Source of the DNA: an uncultured Gemmatimonadales bacterium
GTDB lineage: Bacteria > Gemmatimonadota > Gemmatimonadetes > Longimicrobiales > RSA9
Direction: 5' to 3'
Length of the DNA stretch: 64,000 nucleotides
NCBI GenBank assembly: GCA_963798845.1
Contig: CAWCUS010000001.1
Coordinates: 640,001 to 704,000, forward strand
In this document: positions 39,766 through 48,498 of the stretch, piece by piece
Position numbering within the stretch: position 1 is the stretch's first letter
How the letters are laid out: each line of letters starts with the position of its first letter
Made by a program: the position numbers and the translations under genes
The notes under the pieces: generated by a model
Databases searched by the model: none
What the model was told of the DNA's origin: nothing
Seen by the model: the letters and a program-made list of their open reading frames with translations, nothing else

Positions 39766-40383
39766 ATGCCGACGCAGACAAAGGAGCGGGATTCCACGCT
39801 GATGAAGATCCCACAGGACCTCATCGAGCGGGGCCGCGGACTCGCGGGCATGGGGCACGACGTATGGCTTGCCGGCCTCGGCGCCTTCGCGGCGGTCGAG
39901 GAGGAGGGAAGCGCGCTGTACGACAGACTGGTGAAGCGGGGTCGGACCGTGGAGAAGAGCGGGCGCAAGCGCGTCGAGGAGATGCGCGAGGAGATGGAGG
40001 ACCGGCAGCAGAAGGTGACGCACGGGCTCGAGGAGAGGGTGTACGACCCGATCATGAACGCGCTCCGCTCGTTCGGTGTGCCGACCCGTCGCGAGATCCG
40101 GGAGCTGACGGGGAAGGTGGACGCGTTGACCCGTCAGGTGCAGGTGCTGGTCAGCCAGATGCCGGGCGCCGCGCCGGGAGAGTACGAAACGTACTACGTC
40201 ATGGCGCGCGAGGACACGTGGATCGTGGGGCGGGAGGGCGCCGACGAGCCGCTGTTCGTCGAGCCGACCAAGGAGCTGGCGCTGGAGCGGGCCAGGCAGG
40301 TGGTGCACAGCCAGGCGCCGAGCCGCCTGCACGTGTACCGCCGTGACGGCAGCATCCAGGACACGTTCACGTACGAAGAGTGA
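39766..40383 (+). CDS. Phasin (PhaI/PhaF-type granule-associated) domain fused to a DUF2188-like domain
   Basis: VWLAGLGAF....EEG...YD.LVKRG and GVPTRREI..L..KVDAL; C-terminal W.V.REG....TKE.A...AR...L.V..RDG.IQ...Y. Confidence 0.85.
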   Translation: MPTQTKERDSTLMKIPQDLIERGRGLAGMGHDVWLAGLGAFAAVEEEGSALYDRLVKRGRTVEKSGRKRVEEMREEMEDRQQKVTHGLEERVYDPIMNALRSFGVPTRREIRELTGKVDALTRQVQVLVSQMPGAAPGEYETYYVMAREDTWIVGREGADEPLFVEPTKELALERARQVVHSQAPSRLHVYRRDGSIQDTFTYEE

Positions 40384-40386
40384 CCC

Positions 40387-41634
40387 GTGGCCGCCAGCCG
40401 CGTCGGCTTGGCGTGCGCGGGCGGCGTCGTCGAGGGGGCGTTCTACGAGATCGGGGTCCTGTGCGCCCTCGATGAGGCCGTCGAGGGGCTCGATCTGACC
40501 GCGCTCGACGTCTACGTGGGCGTCAGCGCGGGCGCCATCCTCACGGCGTGCCTGGCCAACGGGATCCCACCCCGGGACGTGGCCCGGGCGATGCTCTCGG
40601 TGGAGGCATCCCCGGACGCCCTCGCTCCCGAGGCGGTGTTCCGCCCGGCGCTGGCCACCTACGCCGCCCGCGCGGCGGGAGTGCCCGTGCGCGTCCTGGG
40701 CGCCATCGCCCGCTACGCTGCGGACCCCCGCGACATCTCGCTCTTCGGCTCGCTCCTGGAGCTGGCCACGGCGCTGCCGGTGGGGCTGTTCGACAACCGG
40801 CCGCTGGAGCAGCACCTCGCACGCGTGTTCTCCGCCGAGGGCCGCACCAACGACTTCCGGGAGCTCCCCGCCACGCTGCGCATCGTGGCGGTCAATCTGG
40901 ACACGGCGGAGCTGGTGGCCTTCGGCGACGACGCCACCGCCCACGTCCCCATCTCCCGGGCTGTCCAGGCCAGCTCCGCGCTCCCGCTGATGTATCTCCC
41001 CGTTGAAATCGACGGGGAGTATTACATCGACGGAGTGGCGAGGCGGACGCTGAACGCGAGCCAGGCGCTCCAGGCGGGCGTGGACCTGCTTCTGTGCGTG
41101 AACCCCATCGTCCCTCTGGACCTGCGCATTCCGGGCGACGACGGCGTGCGCCATCCCAGCCTCGTCCACAGCGGGCTCCCTGCCGTGCTCTCGCAGACGT
41201 TTCGGACCATGATCCATTCGCGGATGGTGACGGGGTTCCGGAACTACGCGTTTCTGTACCCCGACGCCGACGTCGTGCTGCTGGAGCCCGAGGCCGGCGA
41301 CCGGACGATGTTCTTCACGAACATCTTCAGCTTCTCCCACCGCCACGAGGTGATGCACCACGGCTACGCGACGGCGCGCGGCTGGCTGCTGCGCAACGCC
41401 GGCCGTCTGGAGCCCGTGTTCCGCCGCCACGGCATGCGCCTGCGGGAGAGCGTGCTGACGGAGGACCGGCGCCTGGCGGTGGAGCGGCGACCGCTGCCCG
41501 GCGCGCGCGAGCTCGTGGGCCGCGCCAGCGCTGCGCTGGACGAGCTCTCGAGTGCCCTCGATCGGCTCCGCGCGAGGGGGGGCGGCACGAGCCGGAGGGG
41601 CGGTGCGGTCGGCTCCCCGCGGCGGCGCGGGTGA
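40387..41634 (+). CDS. Patatin-like phospholipase/lipase
   Basis: AGGVVEG oxyanion-like region, GVSAG nucleophile motif, ASSALP, YIDGV. Confidence 0.88.
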   Translation: MAASRVGLACAGGVVEGAFYEIGVLCALDEAVEGLDLTALDVYVGVSAGAILTACLANGIPPRDVARAMLSVEASPDALAPEAVFRPALATYAARAAGVPVRVLGAIARYAADPRDISLFGSLLELATALPVGLFDNRPLEQHLARVFSAEGRTNDFRELPATLRIVAVNLDTAELVAFGDDATAHVPISRAVQASSALPLMYLPVEIDGEYYIDGVARRTLNASQALQAGVDLLLCVNPIVPLDLRIPGDDGVRHPSLVHSGLPAVLSQTFRTMIHSRMVTGFRNYAFLYPDADVVLLEPEAGDRTMFFTNIFSFSHRHEVMHHGYATARGWLLRNAGRLEPVFRRHGMRLRESVLTEDRRLAVERRPLPGARELVGRASAALDELSSALDRLRARGGGTSRRGGAVGSPRRRG

Positions 41635-41645
41635 GGAGGCGAGGC

Positions 41646-42842
41646 ATGGCATCGCGCACGCGGATCCTCCTGTTCACCGGCAAGGGCGGTGTGGGAAAGA
41701 CCACGTGCGCGGCGGCCACGGCCGTTCGCGCCGCGGAGCTGGGGCACCGGACGCTGGTGCTTTCGTCGGACCCGGCGCACTCGCTGGCGGACGCGCTGGA
41801 CCTGCCGCTCGGCCCGGAGCCCACGGAAGTGTTCCCGGGTCTGCACGCGCAGGAGCTCGACCTCTACTACTCCATGAACAAGCACTGGGGCAACATCCGG
41901 GAGCTGCTGCTGGTGATGTTCAAGTGGCAGGGCGTCGAGCGGGTGGCGGCCGAGGAGATGGCGGCGCTGCCCGGGATGAGCGAGGGGGCCGCGCTCCTCT
42001 GGATCGACCAGCTGCACGGCTCGGGCGACTATGACCTCATCGTCGTGGACAGCGCGCCGACGGGCGAGACGCTCACCCTCCTCACCCTGCCCCAGGTCAC
42101 GGAGTGGTGGGTGAAGCGGGCGCTCCCATTCCAGCGCTTCGCCGTGAAGACGGCCGGCTTCGCCATGCGAAAGGCGGCGGGGATCCCGCTGGACCGTGCG
42201 TACGCGGAGCTGGAGTCGCTGGTGACCCACCTGGAAGCGGTACGGGACCTCCTGACGGACCCCGACACATCGTCGATCCGGCTGGTGCTCAACCCGGAAC
42301 GGATGGTGATCCAGGAAGGGCGGCGCGCCTTCGCATACCTCCAGCTGTACGGCTACAACATCGACGCCGCGCTGGTGAATCGGATCCTGCCGGAGGAGGG
42401 AGTCGGCGACGCGCTCCAGGGCTACCTGGACGCCCAGCGCGGCTACCTGACCGAGATCCAGGAGGCGTTCGCGCCACTCCCGATCCTGCACGCCCCGCAC
42501 CGCGGCCGGGAGGTGTTCGGGGTGGACATGCTCCGCCGCCTGGGGACGGAGCTCTACGGTGACCGCGATCCGACGTACGTCTTCTACCGCGGCGAGCCGT
42601 ACCGTCTGGTGAGCGAGGACGGCGGCTACCGGCTCGACCTTCGGCTCCCCGAGAGCGCGGCCGGGCAGGTCACGGCCCGGCACGCGGGCGACGAAGTGGT
42701 CCTCCAGCTCGGAAACCAGCGCCGCAACTATTCGCTCCCCCGATTCCTCGCCTACTACACCCTGACCGGCACCCGCTTCGAGCAGGGATGGTTCCGCATC
42801 CGGTTCGAGCCCGTGGCGGGCCGCGCGAAGGAGGCAGAATGA
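41646..42842 (+). CDS. GET3/ArsA family ATPase with a C-terminal HSP20-like domain
   Basis: GKGGVGKTT, SSDPAHSL, DSAPTGET, NPE.M; beta-rich C-terminus LQLGNQRRNYSLP; ATG 41646 with GAGG SD. Confidence 0.9.
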   Translation: MASRTRILLFTGKGGVGKTTCAAATAVRAAELGHRTLVLSSDPAHSLADALDLPLGPEPTEVFPGLHAQELDLYYSMNKHWGNIRELLLVMFKWQGVERVAAEEMAALPGMSEGAALLWIDQLHGSGDYDLIVVDSAPTGETLTLLTLPQVTEWWVKRALPFQRFAVKTAGFAMRKAAGIPLDRAYAELESLVTHLEAVRDLLTDPDTSSIRLVLNPERMVIQEGRRAFAYLQLYGYNIDAALVNRILPEEGVGDALQGYLDAQRGYLTEIQEAFAPLPILHAPHRGREVFGVDMLRRLGTELYGDRDPTYVFYRGEPYRLVSEDGGYRLDLRLPESAAGQVTARHAGDEVVLQLGNQRRNYSLPRFLAYYTLTGTRFEQGWFRIRFEPVAGRAKEAE

Positions 42843-44134
42843 CCGCGCCCACGACCACCGCCCAATCCCCAGGGACGACGCCGTCCGCCGCCGCAGCGCT
42901 GGACTCGCCGACGAGATCCCGTGCGGTGCGCCGTCCGGCCCAGGTCCCGCTGCCCCCGCCGTCGCGGCCCACGCGCATCCCGCGCGAGAACGACGACTAC
43001 GGCCCCAATGCCATCGCCCGGAGGCGTGCCTTCATCGAAGCGTCGAGCGGGGTGAGGCTCGAGCACGTCTCCGCCTGCTCCTTCGACCCGCGGCTGGCGG
43101 CGGGCAACTGCGAACACTTCACCGGCGTGGCCCAGGTGCCGCTCGGGTTCGCCGGACCGCTCCTGGTGCGCGGGGAGCACGCGGACGGCGAGTACCTGAT
43201 CCCGCTCGCCACGTCGGAAGGGACGCTCGTCGCCTCGTACAACCGCGGCATCCATACCCTCAACGCCGCCGGCGGCGTGCGGACCACGATCCTCGACGAC
43301 GGCATGCAGCGCGCGCCTGCGTTCGTCCTGGCCGACGCCCGGGAAGGGCGCGACTTCGCTGCCTGGGTGGCCGACAACATCCCCGGCATCCGCACGGCCG
43401 CGGAAGCCACCTCGCGGGTGGCCAGGCTGCTTCACGTGGAGCCGTTCCTGGCCAGCCGGTTCGTGTTTCTTCGATTCAGCTTCGAGACGGGCGACGCGGC
43501 GGGGCAGAACATGGTCACGCGGGCTACAGCGGCCGCGTGCCAGTGGATCGTCCAGCAGTGCGGCGGGGTGGAGCGCTTCTTCCTGGAATCGAACCTCGCC
43601 TCCGACAAGAAGACGTCGCACGTGAACATGCTGCGTGGACGGGGGAAGCGGGTGACGGCCGAGGCGGTGGTGCCGCGGACGGTGCTGGAGGAGCGGATGC
43701 GGGCGTCGCCCGACACGCTGGTCGCGCACTACCACGCCAGCTCGGTGGGCGCATTCCTGGCCGGTCCCAGCAACAACGGCCTTCACACGGCCAACGCGCT
43801 CGCGGCCATGTTCATCGCGACAGGCCAGGACGCAGCCAGCGTGGGCGAGTGCTCCGCGGGGATCATCCACGTGGAGCTCGCCGGTCCCGACCGCGAGGAC
43901 CTGTATGTGTCCATCACGCTCCCCTCCCTCATCGTGGCCACCCATGGGGGCGGGACGGGGCTGCCCACCCAGCGCGAGTGCCTGGAGGTCATGGGGTGCT
44001 ATGGCCGGGGGAAGGTTCGGATGCTGGCGGAGATCGTGGCCGCCGTGGTGCTGGCGGGCGAGCTGTCGCTGGCCTGCGCGATCGCCTCCAACGAGTGGGT
44101 GGAAGCCCACGAACGCATGGGGAGGAACCGATGA
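42839..44134 (+). CDS. Class I HMG-CoA reductase-like enzyme (divergent)
   Basis: PLATSEGTLVAS, DGMQRAP, TGDAAGQNMV, cis-loop SNLASDKK, GRGK, ATGQD, GGGTGL, LAGELSL, C-terminal His; ATGA overlap with the ATPase gene. Confidence 0.9.
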   Translation: MTAPTTTAQSPGTTPSAAAALDSPTRSRAVRRPAQVPLPPPSRPTRIPRENDDYGPNAIARRRAFIEASSGVRLEHVSACSFDPRLAAGNCEHFTGVAQVPLGFAGPLLVRGEHADGEYLIPLATSEGTLVASYNRGIHTLNAAGGVRTTILDDGMQRAPAFVLADAREGRDFAAWVADNIPGIRTAAEATSRVARLLHVEPFLASRFVFLRFSFETGDAAGQNMVTRATAAACQWIVQQCGGVERFFLESNLASDKKTSHVNMLRGRGKRVTAEAVVPRTVLEERMRASPDTLVAHYHASSVGAFLAGPSNNGLHTANALAAMFIATGQDAASVGECSAGIIHVELAGPDREDLYVSITLPSLIVATHGGGTGLPTQRECLEVMGCYGRGKVRMLAEIVAAVVLAGELSLACAIASNEWVEAHERMGRNR

Positions 44135-45501
44135 CGTGGACCTCGCCGCCGCCGGGCGGCCGCCGGTTCTCCGGCGCGGACAGCTCCTGGTGGCACATGG
44201 AGGAGCCCACCAATCAGATGGCCATCACCGTGGTCCTGACGTTCGATGGCCCGATCGACGAGGACCGTCTCCACGCCGTGCTCCGCGATCGGCTCCTGCG
44301 CCACGACCGCTTCCGGCAAATGGTGGTGGAGTCTCCGCTCGGGTTCGGCCGCCCTCAATGGGTGGAGGACCCGGGGTTCTCCCTGGAGCGGCACCTGAGC
44401 CGGATCCGCCTGCACGACGGCGGCGGGAAGGCGGAGCTCCAGCGGGTCGCAGGGCTGGAGATGAGCCGCCCTCTCCACCCGGACCGCCCCCTGTGGCGCA
44501 TGGTCTACGTCGACGGCTTCGAAGGCGGCTCCGCCCTCGTGATCCGCATCCACCACTGCATCGCCGATGGCCTCGCCCTCGTACGGGTCCTCATGACCCT
44601 CGGCGATCCTACGGACGGTGCGTGCGGCGAGCGGGCGAGCCCGGCCGTCCTCGACCCCGCCACGTACGCCTCGCCTTCGGTCACGATGACGGCGGGAGAG
44701 GCGGCGGAGCGCGACTTCGTCCGAGCCCTGGCGCTGGGCACCCGCGCTGCGGGGTCGCTCGGCCGCCTCGTGGGGCTGCGCCCGGACCCGCGGACCGCGC
44801 TGCGCGGGCCGCTGTGCCGGGAGAAGCGCGCGGCGTGGTCGCGTCCAATGTCGCTGCGGCGGCTCCGGGCCGCCTCTCGCGCCGCCGGCGCCACGCTCAA
44901 CGACGTGGTGGTCGCCGCCGTGGCGGGCGGACTGGGGCGCTTCCTGGCGGAGAAGGGAGAGCAGCTCACGCGTGAAGTCCGCGCGGTGGTCCCCGTGAAC
45001 CTGCGCCGCAACGGCGACGAAGAAGCGCTGGGCAACCGCTTCGGGCTGATCTTCGCTCCGTTGCCGCTGGGCATCCCGAATCCTCTCGAGCGTCTCGGCG
45101 CGGTGCACGCTACCCTGAGCCGGCTCAAGCGCTCGCCCCAGCCGATGGTGATCTACGGCCTGCTGGAGCTCCTCGGCCGTACGCCGCGCGCCGCCCTCGA
45201 CCTGGCCGTCTGGCTCCTCGGCAGCAAGGGCTCGCTGGTTCTCACGAACGTGCCGGGTCCCCGTCGCAGGATTCGCATCTGCGACCGTGAGCTCCTGTCT
45301 GTCGTCGGCTGGGTTCCCCAGTCCGGCCGATTGGGGCTCGGTGTCAGCATCCTCAGCTACGCGGACGAGATCCGGCTGGGCGTCGCCACGGATGCCGCGA
45401 TCCTCCCGTGCCCGGACCACCTGGTGGGCGCCATCCAGGATGCTGCCGACCAGATCCTCGACACCGTTCGCCCGCCCCGGGTGGCGGAGGTGGTGGCATG
45501 A
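44131..45501 (+). CDS. Wax ester synthase/diacylglycerol acyltransferase (WS/DGAT)
   Basis: HHCIADG catalytic motif, ATLNDV, PVNLR, LGNRFG, TNVPGP, ILSY; ATGA overlap. Confidence 0.93.
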   Translation: MTWTSPPPGGRRFSGADSSWWHMEEPTNQMAITVVLTFDGPIDEDRLHAVLRDRLLRHDRFRQMVVESPLGFGRPQWVEDPGFSLERHLSRIRLHDGGGKAELQRVAGLEMSRPLHPDRPLWRMVYVDGFEGGSALVIRIHHCIADGLALVRVLMTLGDPTDGACGERASPAVLDPATYASPSVTMTAGEAAERDFVRALALGTRAAGSLGRLVGLRPDPRTALRGPLCREKRAAWSRPMSLRRLRAASRAAGATLNDVVVAAVAGGLGRFLAEKGEQLTREVRAVVPVNLRRNGDEEALGNRFGLIFAPLPLGIPNPLERLGAVHATLSRLKRSPQPMVIYGLLELLGRTPRAALDLAVWLLGSKGSLVLTNVPGPRRRIRICDRELLSVVGWVPQSGRLGLGVSILSYADEIRLGVATDAAILPCPDHLVGAIQDAADQILDTVRPPRVAEVVA

Positions 45502-47402
45502 GCACCGCAGCTCGGGATCCGGACGCCCGTCCGCTCGCCCTGGTCCGCGGCGAAACGGGCAGCGACGCGCCCCCGGCACCCCCCGCGCCTCCGGCGGAGG
45601 AAGCGGCGCTGGAGGGGGCGCCAGCGGAGTCGGCGCTGGCCGGGCTCGTCCCGCGCACCGCGCCGCACCTCCACGCCACCTATCGGAGCGTCATCGGTCG
45701 CTTCTTCGGCGTGCACCGGCACGTCCTGGGTCTGCTGGTGGGGGCGAGGGTCGCGAGGGCGGACGGGCTGCCGCCGGACCAGCGCCGCCGCTTCCGGTCG
45801 CTTCCACTGCGCGCGTCCGCCGCGGTGCTGCGCCCGCTCCTGCTCCGAGAGCTGCGCCACGCTCCCTTCCCGGAGCAGCTGCGCCGTCGCCTGGAGCTGC
45901 TCGGTCCCACGTACGTGAAGCTCGGCCAGATCATGGCCATCCGTGAGGACCTGCTCCCCGCCCCCGTCTGCCGGGCGCTCCAGGTGCTCTTCGACCACGT
46001 GCCGCCGGTGCCGTTCGAGACCGTGCGCCTGACCCTCGAGCGGGAGCTGGGCCGCCCGATACACCAGGCGTTCCGCTGGGTAGACGAGGAACCGCTCGGC
46101 TCGGCGTCCATCGCGCAGGTGCACCAGGCCGAGACCGTCACCGGCGACGCCGTGGTCGTGAAGGTCATGAAGCCCGGAATCCGCCGCTCGATCGAGACCG
46201 ACCTGCGCCTGCTCCGCTGGCTCGGCGCGCTTCTCCAGCACGTGCTGCCGCGCTACCAGCCGCGCCGGATCATCGACGAGTTCGGCACCTACACGCTTCG
46301 AGAGCTCGACTTCACCGCCGAGGCGGACAACGCCGAGACGTTCGCCGCCAACTTCCACGACACCCCGGAAGTGTGCTTCCCGCGCATCTACCGCGAGCTC
46401 ACCACGCCCTCGCTCCTCACCATGGAGCTGCTGCGGGGGTTCAAGCCATCCGATCCCCGGGCACGCGCCCTCTCCGCCGACGACCGCGAGCGCCTCACCG
46501 ACCTCGGCGCCGGCGCCATCATCCGCATGCTGTACCGCGACGGCTTCTTCCACGCCGATCTCCATCCGGCCAACCTCCTCATCCTCGGCCGTGAGACGGT
46601 TCGCGCCGCGGGGGCTGGAGTCGGCGGGGGGGGCGCGTGGGGCGCCGCGGGCAGCGCGGCGGCAGCCTCGAAGGCCGCCCATGCAGCCGACCACAGCGAT
46701 CGCGACACGCTCCGTGTGGGCTTCGTGGACCTCGGGATGGTGGGACGCTTCGAGGACCGGATGCGCCGTCGCATGCTCTACTACTACCACGCGCTGGTCA
46801 CCCGCGACGTGGAAGGGGCGGCCAAGTTCCTCGGCCAGATGGCCGAGCTCGGCCGTGGCGCCGACCCCGTCGCCTTCCGGCGCGCCGTCGTGGACCTCTC
46901 GCGTCGCTTCGTCACCCGCGCCGAGCGCGGCGAGTTCAGCATCGCCCAGCTCATCCTCGAGTCCATCGGCCTCGGCGCCCGCTACCGCGTCTACTTCCCC
47001 GTGGAGATGACGCTCATGGTCAAGGCGCTGGTCACGTTCGAGGGCGTCGGTCGCATGCTCGACCCCCACCTCGACGTCACGGCGATCTCACGCCGTCACG
47101 TCAGCCGCATCCTCCAGCGACAGTTCACGCTCGAGCGGGTCAGCCGCGAGGTGCTGCGCGAAGCCCCCGAGCTGATCGAGCTCGCCGTCGGTCTCCCCCA
47201 GCTGCTGGTCAGCGGCAGCCGCTTCCTCGAGGAGAGCTTCGACCGACGCCCTCCCCGCGACCCCGCCACGGGCCTCCGCTCCGCGGTGCTCGCCGGCGCA
47301 TGCCTCATCGGCGGCGTTCTCACCCTCACCGCGGCCGGACCGCCCGCGCTCTGGATCCCCCTCTTCGGCCTCGCCGCCGTCATGGCGGTGTGGCGGGGCT
47401 AG
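45498..47402 (+). CDS. ABC1/UbiB (AarF) family atypical kinase
   Basis: LGPTYVKLGQ, GSASIAQVH, VVKV, ELDF..EA, FFHADLHPANL, DLGMVG, two C-terminal TM helices; ATGA overlap. Confidence 0.93.
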   Translation: MSTAARDPDARPLALVRGETGSDAPPAPPAPPAEEAALEGAPAESALAGLVPRTAPHLHATYRSVIGRFFGVHRHVLGLLVGARVARADGLPPDQRRRFRSLPLRASAAVLRPLLLRELRHAPFPEQLRRRLELLGPTYVKLGQIMAIREDLLPAPVCRALQVLFDHVPPVPFETVRLTLERELGRPIHQAFRWVDEEPLGSASIAQVHQAETVTGDAVVVKVMKPGIRRSIETDLRLLRWLGALLQHVLPRYQPRRIIDEFGTYTLRELDFTAEADNAETFAANFHDTPEVCFPRIYRELTTPSLLTMELLRGFKPSDPRARALSADDRERLTDLGAGAIIRMLYRDGFFHADLHPANLLILGRETVRAAGAGVGGGGAWGAAGSAAAASKAAHAADHSDRDTLRVGFVDLGMVGRFEDRMRRRMLYYYHALVTRDVEGAAKFLGQMAELGRGADPVAFRRAVVDLSRRFVTRAERGEFSIAQLILESIGLGARYRVYFPVEMTLMVKALVTFEGVGRMLDPHLDVTAISRRHVSRILQRQFTLERVSREVLREAPELIELAVGLPQLLVSGSRFLEESFDRRPPRDPATGLRSAVLAGACLIGGVLTLTAAGPPALWIPLFGLAAVMAVWRG

Positions 47403-47487
47403 CGACGCCCTTGCCCTGGTTGCCGGACGCGACGGGACGGCCGACACTACGGGTAGACGCCTGCACCCTACCACCCCGACACCCGCG

Positions 47488-48039
47488 ATGATGAGTGAAA
47501 TCGAGAACGACGCCTCGACCCCGCCCACGACGCCCGCCGGGCCGCCGGCGCCGCCTCCGCCCCTGGACCTTCGCGTGGCGGAGGTGACGGAAGCGGACGA
47601 GCATCCGAACGCGGACCGGCTGCTGATCCTCCGGGTCGACCTGGGAGACGAGCGCCGCCAGCTGGTAGCGGGGCTGGCGGGGATCTACGACCCGGCGGAG
47701 CTGGTGGGGAAGCGGATCGTCGTCGTGGCGAACCTGAAGCCGGCACGTCTGCGCGGGGAGGCGAGCCAGGGAATGCTGCTCGCCGCCCACGGCGACGGGA
47801 AGGTCGGCGTGCTCCTCGCTCCGGACGCGGTGCCGGGCACGCCGCTCGAGACCGGGGCCCGCGCGGACACCGGAACCTCGCAAGCAGCCCCGCCCGCCGA
47901 AACGCCGCCGCAGATCACGATCGACGACTTCGGCCGCCACACGATCATCGCCTCGGCCGAAGGTGTGAGCCTGGACGGAACGCGGGTCGAGCGGCCCCGG
48001 CTGGTGGTCGACCGAGAAGCCTGGGGTCCGGTGAAGTAG
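47488..48039 (+). CDS. tRNA-binding domain protein (CsaA/MetRS C-terminal-like)
   Basis: LDLRVAEV..A..HPNADRL...VDLG.E.RQLVAG...VANLKPARLRGE.SQGMLL. Confidence 0.85.
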   Translation: MMSEIENDASTPPTTPAGPPAPPPPLDLRVAEVTEADEHPNADRLLILRVDLGDERRQLVAGLAGIYDPAELVGKRIVVVANLKPARLRGEASQGMLLAAHGDGKVGVLLAPDAVPGTPLETGARADTGTSQAAPPAETPPQITIDDFGRHTIIASAEGVSLDGTRVERPRLVVDREAWGPVK

Positions 48040-48170
48040 GTGGGCGGGAAGGGGGCTGGCGTACCCCCCGGGCGAGCCCACCGCGCGACCCTTGCCGGCG
48101 GCGCCGTTCGTCGCCATTGAAGAGGAGCGGCGTACACACGCACGACGGGCGGCGCGCCCGGGAGGTCGGC

Positions 48171-48485
48171 ATGGCAGCAGCGACAATGGACCGGATGATC
48201 GCCTTCTGCGGGTCGGACTGCGACGCCTGCCCGATCTATCTGGCCACGCCCGATACGGGGGACACCGGCTCGGTCGCGCGGGCGATCACGGACTGCGACG
48301 GCTGCCGCGCGGGCGCTCGTCTGTTCGCGGAGTGCGAGGAGTGCGAGATCCGGAAGTGCGCCCTGGCACGGGGGCTCGAAGGCTGCGCCCGCTGCGACGA
48401 CTTCCCGTGCGACGTCCTCCGCCCCCACCTCGCCTACGATCCCTGCGCGAGAACGCAGCTGGAGTCGCTGCGCGCGCGGTCGTAG
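48171..48485 (+). CDS. DUF3795-like Cys-rich protein
   Basis: CGSDCDACP, CDGC, C..C.IR.C, CARCDDFPC; ATG 48171 has a GGAGGT SD. Confidence 0.8.
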   Translation: MAAATMDRMIAFCGSDCDACPIYLATPDTGDTGSVARAITDCDGCRAGARLFAECEECEIRKCALARGLEGCARCDDFPCDVLRPHLAYDPCARTQLESLRARS

Positions 48486-48498
48486 GCCAGGCGGCGGA

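Noticed and set aside
39766..41634. Canonical PHA biosynthesis locus
   Set aside because: No PHA synthase, thiolase or acetoacetyl-CoA reductase in the cluster; phaC elsewhere in the genome cannot be excluded.
41646..42842. Arsenic resistance operon
   Set aside because: No arsB/arsC/arsR/arsD, single ATPase domain, lipid-gene context.
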